This document shows positions 11,659 to 20,000 of a DNA stretch of 20,000 nt, piece by piece. The notes beneath the pieces were generated by a model that saw only the letters and a list, made by a program, of their open reading frames with translations, had not been told where the DNA came from and ran no database searches. A program made the translations under genes and the position numbers. Position 1 is the first letter of the stretch. Each line of letters starts with the position of its first letter. The stretch covers positions 61,392-81,391 of the forward strand of contig KZ538344.1 in the NCBI GenBank assembly GCA_000934665.2, read 5' to 3'. Origin of the DNA: Catajapyx aquilonaris (taxonomy: Eukaryota).

Positions 11659-12221
11659 ACCGTGTACGCACATAATTTTTTATATCAAATTCTGAGATGG
11701 TAGAGCCACCAACTTGTCTGTATATTGACATGGAATGACCCACCTCGTATTTATGGAAACGAATAGTTCGTGACACAGCATTGGTCTTTCCGACTTCCCC
11801 AACAAACCATTTAGTGAGTTCTGTCCATTTACCACATTTGTATTCAACGACAAGTCCCAGTTATCTGTTTTAATATCTGTAAAACTACATAATAGAGGAT
11901 TCACTACTTATGTAGATTCTGCAGGCAAATTAAATATATGAGATGAATTAGCTCTGCAGCAGTACTGGAAGCTTTTGGTAAAATGTCTAATGCACTTGTC
12001 TTGAACAGCTCCTACTTCCCTTATTTCTTGCTTTTGCCATATGCTATTTGCCTATTTCTCTTCCTTTCTGCTACTGTAAGTGCCATTTTAGCTACTGGGA
12101 AACAATAGTGACAGTGGCATCCAAGCGTAAACGTGACTTACTCGACAAAAATTAAATGGCCATAACAATATTAAAACAAAAATTACATCAAAAATTTTAT
12201 TATTATTTGAAGCGTACTACT

Positions 12222-12500
12222 AATAATAATAATTAATAATTCATACCCCGTTATCAGCCATCGGCTCTTTAGGGGGGAAGTTTGTTTTGCCTGGAACTCT
12301 TTGCTTTTCATTTTACTGTGCTCTTTGGGATAGGATAGGGAAGGAAGGAAGCGACTGTGGCCTAAGCAACTCCCGAATTTTCCTGGCAGGATGGGGGAAA
12401 CCACAGAAAACCACGGTCAGAGTTGCCGGCCCCGGGATTTGATCCCAGGACCTCCCGATTAGCAGTCGGACACCGTATCCCCTCCACCAAACTGCTTCGG
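12222..12500 (-). mobile_element. tRNA-derived SINE of a second family (SINE C), body similar to widespread insect SINEs (Lm1/Inv-domain type)
   Basis: Minus strand: tRNA-like head with degenerate B box gggatcaaatccc, body gtggttttctgtggtttccc...ccaggaaaattcggg...ggccacagtcgcttccttcc, and an (ATT)n tail. 14-bp TSD tgaagcgtactact at 12208-12221 and 12501-12514. The family resemblance is from memory. Confidence 0.85.
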
Positions 12501-12895
12501 TGAAGCGTACTACTGTGTAGTGAGAAGGTAATTAATATCACCTTTTAGATTTTGGTACTACAGAGAGTTTTAAAAAATTTTAAGGTCCAAAAATTGTGAC
12601 TAACACGCAACACACAAAGATGGTACAGTATATAAACTAGCTCATTTTTATTCTGAATGAGTAATTGCAGTGCAAAGGTAAATTTAAAATACAGTACGTA
12701 TATTCACTCAGTTCTTATGTGGTAGAAAGCACTGTTTACTGCATGAAAAACACTGGCGTGTTGAATTATGAAGATTTGTGTGGAGCCTCAGAACAAAGAA
12801 ATGCATTGAGAAAAATCAGTGCTTGAACTAGTTTAAAACTAGTTTAAAAAGCCAGCGTATTTTGGCTACAAGAAGGGTTAGGCCCAGTCTACAAT

Positions 12896-12960
12896 GCGCC
12901 GCCATCTTTAGTCCAATGGGGGGCCGCCATCTTTGGTCGAAACCTCGCAATCTGATTGGC
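12896..12960 (+). promoter_or_regulatory. Probable TATA-less promoter of the zinc-finger gene: two YY1/Pho-type sites and two CCAAT boxes
   Basis: gccgccatcttt at 12898-12909 and 12923-12934, ccaat at 12913-12917 and attgg at 12955-12959. These lie in a CpG-rich stretch directly upstream of a consensus splice donor at 13205. Confidence 0.7.
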
Positions 12961-13204
12961 CAGAGCGACGATCCGTAATCGGAGCCAAAGGGCGAGTCTT
13001 CATCCGGTAGACTCGCCTCGGAACGATTCGAGATTCGTTCGAAAGCCAACGATTCTTTTTTATCCTGGAGTTGCCCTTCCAACGGATTGTTGTCGATTAT
13101 AGTCTTCCGGTTCGCTGCACACGTTGGGTTCTTCTGGAAAGTCTGCCGCTGGAGACCTTTAGAAAGGTCTTGGGCTGATCTGAGGAACGTTCCATCAGGC
13201 TTAG

Positions 13205-13655
13205 GTGAGTTGGGTTGGGTCGTCAAAAGGTTTAAAAAATAATAATAAAAAAAGAGGGAGAGAGAGAGAGAAAAAGCAATCTAAAGGGAACCGAATAATC
13301 ATTCGGTTAGGACGTTAGGTCATCAAAAGGTAATAAGAAAGGTCATCTAACAGGAATTGAATAACATTATTAGGTTGAGTCATCTAAAGGTTAATAAGGT
13401 CGTCTAAAAGGAACAGAATAATCATTAGGCTGGATAATGAAAAGGTCATCTCGCTAAAATGAACAATAATAATCAGGATGGGTCATCAAAAGGGTCATCT
13501 GAAAGGAATTGACTAATCATTAAGTTGGGTGATCAAAATGTCATCTAAAATGAACTGAATAATCAGTAAATTGGGCCCGCATCAAAAGGTCAAACAAGGT
13601 CATCTGAAAGGAACAGAATAATTGGAACACTTACTAGCATTCCCACAATTTTCAG
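13205..13655 (+). other. Predicted 5'-UTR intron of the zinc-finger gene
   Basis: Donor ag|gtgagt at 13205 and acceptor aattttcag| at 13655, followed by gccATGg (strong Kozak context, ATG at 13659). No ATG seen in the preceding exon-like region (about 13020-13204). Confidence 0.72.
13285..13625. repeat. Degenerate minisatellite in intron 1
   Basis: About 9 dispersed ggtcatc(t)aaa motifs, often followed by ggaa..gaataatcatt.ggtt, at irregular spacing of roughly 20-55 bp. Confidence 0.75.
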
Positions 13656-13658
13656 GCC

Positions 13659-15765
13659 ATGGTGGACCCAATGGAATGCATGCCCAGTAAGTCCACTGCG
13701 GACACCGTCCCACCGCCTGACCCGACCCCTGATCCCCCACCATCCGCTTCACCAATGCACACCAACTGCATGATATGCGCATCCAAGATCCCTGATTCAA
13801 AGCGAGGATGCTGTGACATTCTCCAGGAAGGGAAGAGGACGACCAAAGCAACCCACAAGCCGTTGCTGGTAAGGCTAGGAAACATTCTTGGGGTTCCGCT
13901 GAGTCAGACAGAGGCAAGGTCGCACATGGTGTGCAAAAAATGCTTCAAACAGCTGAACGATGTGGTCAAGGTGGAGGTCAGCCTGGAGTCTATGAAGGAC
14001 GACATTCGCTGCAAGTATAATGGAAACGTGGAGTTCTGGGAGAAGTTGGAGAGTGGACAGCCGGATGGGGATGAACAGGTTAAAGACAACCTGGTCAAAG
14101 GAAAGGTGTGCAGACGCGAGCAGAACCAGCCTGAGGTTGACACCAGTGTGTGTGAAGGCTGCACTGATGGGCATCTCGCAGATGGAGACTTTGATTTCGA
14201 TGAGGACGAGGTGGATGAGGAGGATGAGAATGATGATTCCAGTGGTGCCGACCCTCCGCTTGAAGGACATGGTAGGATGAAGTGCCACGAGTGTCCGCGC
14301 TCATTCATGTGGTCCAAGTGGCTGTCCGACCACATGAGTATGGCTCACGGCGAAAGCCTGTATGCATGCGAGGTCTGCCTGGCCGAGTTCAACCAAGGCT
14401 CATCGCTCCAATCGCACTTGGAAGAACATGCGGCCAAGGGAGATGCATTCATATGCTTCCCCTGTGAACGGAGCTTCCAGGTCTGTAATGTAACTTTTAT
14501 GAAATACTTGTACTAATTTGCTTATTGCAGGACCTACGCAAGTATCAAGACCATATAAAGAGACACTGGTGTCGTAAGTACGGGTGCGGGCGTTGCGGAC
14601 GCATGTTCTACAGCCACCGGATGCTGCAGGATCATGCGAATGCGCATGATGGCGTCAGGCCATACCAGTGTCCCGTTTGCAACTTGGCGTATCCTGTCCG
14701 TAGCTGCTTGAAGGCTCACCTAAAGGTTCACCAGGAGGAGGTTACGCCTGCTCCCTGCCTGTTGTGCGGAAAGGCTTTTTTGGACGATCATCTCCTGAAA
14801 CAGCACAAGAAGGCACATGCGTTGGAGCCGGATTATACGGTGTGCCAGCAGTGCGGGCAAGGTTTCTCCTCAGCAAATGCATTGGAAGTTCACCAGATGT
14901 CCGCACACTTTGAAGATAAGAGTCTATTCCAATGCAATTCATGCAGCAAGAATTTCAACCACAAGGAGAACTACATCACTCATATGCGGATCCACAAAGG
15001 TGAGCGTCCATTTCAATGCGACGAGTGCGGTGTACGATTCTCGCACCGACCCAACCTGCGTGCGCACAAGCGTGCCAAACACTACAATGACCCCCAGTAC
15101 AGATGCGAGGATTGCAACATTAGTTACATGAGGCACAGCCTTCTGGTCTACCACAACAACCGAGTCCACACTGGGGAGCGTCCCTACAAGTGCGAGCACT
15201 GCAACACCACTTTTGCCTACCCAAACCACTACAAGAAACACCTCAAGATCCACACGAGGGAGAAGCTGCACAAGTGCGAGATCTGCGGGATGGCGTTTAG
15301 TTATAGTGAAAACCGCAACACTCATCGGTTCACTCACTCAGACAAGAAGCCCTACGAGTGCAAGGTGTGCGGGAAGGGCTACATGAGGAAGCCCCTGCTG
15401 TTCGCACACATGAACAGCGAGGGGCACATCCAGGACATCATTATCGTCAACAAGCTGCAGATACACCACGTCGACGGTGCAGATGAAGCTGGATTAAGTG
15501 TGAAGCAGTACGATGTGGAGGTAATCCAATTATTTCATTGCAAATTTTTTCAACATTTACCCGAGCCTATTTTAAACAGTAAAAATATCTTTCCGTGCAG
15601 GTTGGGCAGGAGTCGACCAATGAGGGTCTGGCTGTGGCCGAAGACGATCTGGGGGATTCTGTCTGCATTGCCATCGATGACGGCTTGCAGCTGCAGGCCA
15701 TGGAGGAAGCGGGAGATGGGGTCCCCAGGATGGAACTGCTGCAGCTATGGCCAGAACTGGCATAA
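13659..15765 (+). CDS. ZAD (zf-AD) domain C2H2 zinc-finger transcription factor, 658 aa, 13 fingers; join(13659..14480,14531..15520,15601..15765)
   Basis: N-terminal CMIC...VCKKC ZAD motif, acidic linker, then 13 C2H2 fingers with TGERPY-type linkers. Phase-0 GT-AG introns lie at 14481-14530 (50 bp; splicing completes the finger CFPCERSFQ|DLRKYQDHIKRH) and 15521-15600 (80 bp). The last exon reads VGQESTNEG...WPELA with TAA ending at 15765. Confidence 0.93.
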
Positions 15766-16007
15766 AGTGTGAAGAAGACAACGTCAGAGTGACAGCAGAG
15801 GGATGAGGTGTTGGGGAAGTGGGTCACATGCATCCTGACCCTGCTTTAAAATAATCCTGGTGCTTTTCGATGAATTTTGCACTTCCCATGTCCTCCGTTC
15901 AAGTTCCAAATGTTAGTACCGAGCAGTGGAAAGGGACGGTGCCAGACGTTTTGCCTGGATTGTTGCTGGATTAGTACCCACATGTTCTAGCTTAATTGTT
16001 TAATGTT

Positions 16008-16013
16008 AATAAA
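16008..16013 (+). terminator. Polyadenylation signal of the zinc-finger gene
   Basis: AATAAA about 240 nt downstream of the stop, preceded by T-rich sequence. Confidence 0.7.
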
Positions 16014-16860
16014 TTTACATTCAGTCAGTTCTACATCCGAGTATCACTCCTGTGCACTGCTCCAAGAACAGGTAGAGCATCTTCCTTGTAAATGAAATGA
16101 CGGCATCTATGTCAAGTTGCGTCTAAAGAATGCTCACCAAGATAGTCCCACTATTCATGACGCTACCCTGAAGTATATGGCAGCACCCTAGTTGATGACT
16201 CCCGTGATTGCAGACGGAAGTAGAACTGGTGCAGCATCAGACGCAACATGCACATGCACATGTGCTCGGCAGATCGAGGTCTCACCAGGTGATGCTTTCT
16301 GCAAACATTTTGGCAAAATTAGCAAAGAATCATGCGCTATTCTGTCATTTATCAGCAAATGTACGGCAGTATTATTCAAAGACCGGAAGAAAAGCTGACA
16401 ATGAAATGCGGCAAGTACAAAATTTTATATCTCACTTTAGCGATAGCTTCTACAGGATTAAACTTTTGAAATGTCGGTACGCTGCTGGAATGCTTCGTAT
16501 AATTTGACGGAATCAGGTGATGTCATGGGACGGACAGTTTGCAGAGGTTCGTCAAAGTGGGATTTCTCCCCCATCAGATTGTCTGCAAGTGTGTTTCCAT
16601 GTATGGCTTCCTTGGGCGCCCCCAAGGCTGCAGTGTGACACAGTCCAACAATCTCCGCTTCTCCACTTCCAGTATAGCCACTCATGTCTCGAAATCATGG
16701 AACGGGGCATGCACAAAGCTGGTCCAGTTTTCCAGGCCTAAAAAAAATCCTATTGTTTAAGAAAAAGTGATAAAAATTATTTCTGTAGCCACAGTTATCG
16801 CTAGTTCCTGATCGATGAGGTCAGGTCTATTGGTGGCGGCCAGCACAATCACGTCTCTGA

Positions 16861-17743
16861 CAAGGGAAGTGTCTGTAGGGCCATCGGCCAATCGGCCCGA
16901 AAATGACACTAGGGGTAAATCGCAGGCCAGAAATTCATTGGTGAAAGTAAAAAAGTCGCATTAGCCAAGCGTTTTCGAGATATGGGCGACTATAGGTGCC
17001 CGGCAAACCTGCTCGGTGACAATGGGGCGCATTCGGCAGAAGAAATTATAAACAGTCTTCGTGGCTCAGTCGGTAGCATATTTATAATTTTCGCCCTTCC
17101 CGGGTGTTCAGCAACACTGCAAACAGGTTGACGTTGATATTTCGCTTCTCTCATTTGTGTCCTTGTCAACTCGCAATAACTGCTCAATGAAACCGCAACC
17201 ATAAATGAACGCGTGTACATCGTAAACATATAATTACGAAGGGACACGAATAAGTTATTATTTACTGAGCTCGTGACTATCAATTTTTCCGAATATGAAG
17301 CCATGGAGAGAGTAGGTAAGCATCGGCAGAAGAAAAAAAAGTAATGCACTTCCCAGCAAGCTGTTTATTTATTCCTGTTGATTGCAAAAGGGAAGATATG
17401 CGGTGATAAACGGTGTTGGGGAAGAAAGAAAAAGAAAACGATGCTCCGAGACGAGAGAGGGAGGGGGGGAAAAAAAGTCGCTTCCCGCGGACTTGAACGC
17501 GGAGACTTCGGATCATGACGCGGACGCGCTACCGACTGAGCCACGAAGACTGTTTATAATTTCTTCTGCCGAATGCACCCCATTGTCACCGAGCAGGTTT
17601 GCCGAGCACCTATAGTCGCCCATATCTCGAAAACGCTTGGCTAATGCGACTTTTTACTTTCACCAATGAATTTCTGGCCTGCGATTTACCCCTAGTGTCA
17701 TTTTCGGGCTGATTGGCCGATGGCCCTACAGACACTTCCCTTG
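16861..17743. mobile_element. 883-bp non-autonomous Tc4/Tc5-like (Tc1/mariner-pogo superfamily) DNA transposon
   Basis: TIRs at 16861-17077 and 17528-17743 differ by about 3 substitutions and 1 indel; termini CAAGGGAAG...CTTCCCTTG. TGA is duplicated at 16858-16860 and 17744-17746 within a CTGAG (CTNAG) site, the known Tc4/Tc5 target rule. Removing the element restores the ATPase frame KALRDVIV. Confidence 0.9.
17478..17550 (-). ncRNA. tRNA-Met(CAT)-like Pol III cassette (pseudo-tRNA) inside the transposon
   Basis: 73 nt gtcttcgtggctcagtcggtagcgcgtccgcgtcatgatccgaagtctccgcgttcaagtccgcgggaagcga. A box tggctcagtcggt, CAT at positions 34-36, GTTCAAGTC starting at position 53, then T7 (17476-17470). 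Stems are only partly paired (acceptor 4 of 7), so it is not a functional tRNA. Confidence 0.75.
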
Positions 17744-19302
17744 TGAGTGCCTTAATCGCGGTCCTTAATCGCTGTGTCGAAGTGGTTTCAGTCTCGCCCA
17801 CATATTATTACAGTTCAGGGGCCTTCAGTCTGAATTGTTTCACGCCACGAGATGCCAGGTGGTTTGCAGCTGTTTGCATCAGGGTAGTCTTTCCCACTGC
17901 AGCTGGTGAGCACCAAATAGTCGTTGGCTGCCCAGCAAACACCATTGAAATCAAATCCTTCCACCTGCGATTTCATGCCTTGGATATTATCCAACGTGAA
18001 AGCCAGGCGAGGTTCAGCCGTCTCCGTTGATTTATAGCCGACATCTCAAGCACCGCATCCAGCCCCAGTTTGCAGAAAGAGTCCAGCGTCATCTGTCCCA
18101 ACTGTTCTTCGACTGAACTACTATGCAGCTCTACGTGCACAACATCCAGTTGCACCACATCGCCATAGCAGTTCAGATGTATCGTCTCGTCTACATGCAA
18201 GTACGTGTCCATGTACTCTCTTTTCACGCACTTGATGAGCGTGGCTGCCTTATGTTCACACTTCCGCCTCGGTCTAAAGCGCAACACGGCGGCTATGGGA
18301 ATCGGACTGTTAAACGCTGTCATCTGGATGCGCTTATCGAAGTCAATCCGCTTCGTAGGGGACATCATCAAGTGCGAACTGCTATCAGTAATATTATCCA
18401 CACTTTAAAAACACGCATGCAATTTTTGTCGCATGATATCAGAACCTTCCCAAGCGAGCGGTCATTGCATATGGTCGCAAGATGCTGCTGCACATACGCC
18501 ATGAGGCTCGTGACAAATCTGAAAAGTTATTTTCCACATATTAGAGTTCAGCATTCATCAAGTATACACTGTGTAATTGTCACCTAATTGCTTTCCTACT
18601 TTCCTGACCGTCATTGTGATATATGTTCCGTCTTGCACGTATGGCCATTCCTCTTCTACCTACACCATCCTGTTTTCCTTTAGCTGGACAACCTTTCTGT
18701 TGATGCAAAGTCAGATATGGGCATGAAAGTAATGACATTTGCACTCAACGCAAGCCAACCGACTGATTGAGCTCTTGCCTCGAGGTGACTTACCGGGTGT
18801 ACGCTGCGGCATTGTTGGGGGCACACGTCGTGGCTGCAACAATGGTAGGCCACACGTTTAGAAGCAAAAGTGTAGCGATCTAGTGACCCTCATGTTCAAT
18901 TACAAGATCATGCGACAATGAGCACGTAGATTTCAATGAGGCGAGGAGTGACGGGCATGCCTGTCCGTAATTGTGGGACAGGCGCGACAAAATAAAGATG
19001 TCTTCGTGCTAAGTGATAGTACAGGTGCGTCAAAATTATATATCCCCCTAGGCTGTGGTCCAATATTACTTTTTTGTTGCTTTTATTTCTATGCACAAAT
19101 TGCAGTAGGCCTAATATTATTAGCCTACTGTATAGAAAAAAGGATGCACTGCGGTATGTAGACAGTAATAGTAATATTTATCAGGTGTTTGACCCCGCTT
19201 CTTCCCGGAATGGCATGTTGATAGATACAATGTATAACTTCATATCGGTTCGTATTTATATCGACTTGTGTGCATATAGTGGAAGCGGTACGTGAAAAAA
19301 AC

Positions 19303-19517
19303 CTGCATTTAATGATGAAAGCAAACCGCTTTGCAGAGTGATACCTTAGACCCTTTGAATTGATTTCACCCGAGGAACCGAAAGATTTATCCCTTAGGAT
19401 TCAAGATGGCGGACGTTTTCCAAGATGGCGGCGTAATGCTGTAAAACTCAGTTTTGACTCTTCTTTGTACTTCTGCACTTCATGATGAAAGCTAATTGCT
19501 TTGCAGAGTGATACCTT
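19303..19517. repeat. Direct repeat with 170-bp period running into an assembly gap
   Basis: ctgca.tt.atgatgaaagc.aa..gctttgcagagtgatacctt at 19303-19347 and 19473-19517, with two aagatggcgg motifs between them. Confidence 0.7.
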
Positions 19518-19589
19518 NNNNNNNNNNNNNNNNNNNNNNNNNNNNNNNNNNNNNNNNNNNNNNNNNNNNNNNNNNNNNNNNNNNNNNNN
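19518..19589. other. Assembly gap (72 N) followed by poly-G
   Basis: N run then G homopolymer. Confidence 0.97.
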
Positions 19590-19686
19590 GGGGGGGGGGG
19601 GGGGGAGTGTCGATTTCCACTAAATTTAGGTCGCTAATCCCGAAAATAACGATAACAACTGTTTCCATGCAACACTTTACCTTTTA

Positions 19687-19772
19687 CAGTCGACTACGGA
19701 AATAACACCCTCGGCTATATCAAGTCCCGCGGGCGCTAGAAAGGACGGTCCTGGCATATTTCGAGTCGACTG
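19687..19772. mobile_element. 86-bp Tc1/mariner-pogo-type MITE remnant
   Basis: ta|cagtcgact...gaaata and tatttc..agtcgactg|ta: CAGT termini flanked by TA on both sides. Confidence 0.7.
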
Positions 19773-19811
19773 TATTTCCTTTGAGTCCATTTCAATAAGA
19801 AATATTTCACA

Positions 19812-20000
19812 GGGGTCGTCCATATACCACGTGACCGTTTTGGGGGGAGGGAGGGTCTGCTGATATACCCCGGTTGGTCACGGGGGGAGGGGGGGAGGTC
19901 GGCGAAAATTCACGTGGTATCTCTGAACACAGTGAACACAGCTTTTGCAGATGCACATGGGTTCAAAATAACCTAAAATTCGAAATCAGCGACCCCGAAA
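19812..20000. mobile_element. Probable end or fragments of further DNA-transposon-derived repeats
   Basis: Starts ggggtcgtccatataccacgtga followed by G-rich tracts, resembling PIF/Harbinger-type MITE ends. The partner TIR is not seen in the window. Confidence 0.35.

Larger units (their letters stand above)
9564..11741. mobile_element. Long-TIR foldback non-autonomous DNA transposon with nested insertions in both arms
   Basis: 9564-9640 is the reverse complement of about 11662-11739, and 9907 to about 10445 is the reverse complement of about 10485-11029, with high identity (above 90% by eye) and a spacer of only about 40 bp. The right end reads GGGTCATTCCATGTCAA inward. No coding capacity. 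Confidence 0.92.
16458..18812 (-). pseudogene. SPATA5: Unprocessed pseudogene of the AAA+ ATPase SPATA5/AFG2 (CDC48 family)
   Basis: Minus-strand fragments occur in the correct order: MPQRTPGKSP...CVECKC (ATG 18812), a GT-AG intron at 18583-18519, N-domain-like ORF 18401-17973, FTLDNIQGMKSQVE, degenerate Walker A PAAVGKTTL, APEL**YVGETE, then IKALRDVIVLAATNRPDLIDQ (rejoined across the transposon), RPGKLDQ, and GY..GEAEIVGLCHTAALGA...HFDEPLQTVRP...KLYEAFQ ending at 16458. Multiple frameshifts, stops and a large internal deletion are present. Confidence 0.85.

Noticed and set aside
13285..13625. CRISPR-like repeat-spacer array
   Set aside because: Eukaryotic intron with degenerate units, no unique spacers and no cas genes
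14525..15772. Stand-alone 415-aa ORF as a separate gene
   Set aside because: It starts at a non-ATG codon within a splice acceptor and reads through intron 2; it is exon 2 of the ZAD-ZNF gene
13600..15833. Antisense and alternate-frame ORFs over the zinc-finger gene
   Set aside because: Shadow ORFs of a GC-richer coding region with no recognisable motifs
16020..16400. Possible further coding fragment between the two convergent genes
   Set aside because: Composition looks coding-like, but no frame gives a recognisable protein
16990..17615. Transposase ORF inside the Tc4/Tc5-like element
   Set aside because: Short ORFs with no DDE or HTH features; the shared peptide is simply TIR sequence

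Overview
Eukaryotic, almost certainly arthropod (probably insect) genomic DNA, judged from TTAGG telomere-type repeats, a ZAD zinc-finger gene and very short GT-AG introns. There is one intact protein-coding gene, a ZAD (zf-AD) plus 13x C2H2 transcription factor on the + strand: CDS join(13659..14480,14531..15520,15601..15765), 658 aa, with a probable non-coding first exon and a YY1/CCAAT promoter. Facing it tail-to-tail is a decayed, intron-bearing pseudogene of the AAA+ ATPase SPATA5/AFG2 (- strand, about 18812 to 16458). The pseudogene is interrupted by a young 883-bp Tc4/Tc5-like non-autonomous DNA transposon (CTNAG target, TGA duplication) that carries a tRNA-Met-like Pol III cassette overlapping one terminal repeat. 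The upstream 12.8 kb is repeat-rich: a compound (TAT)n microsatellite, three tRNA-derived SINEs with clear target-site duplications and apparently swapped heads and tails, and a 2.2-kb foldback element with nested insertions, including two small (TG)n-associated elements that each carry an internal (TTAGG)n array. Several MITEs are also present. All family assignments come from reading motifs by eye; no database search was run.
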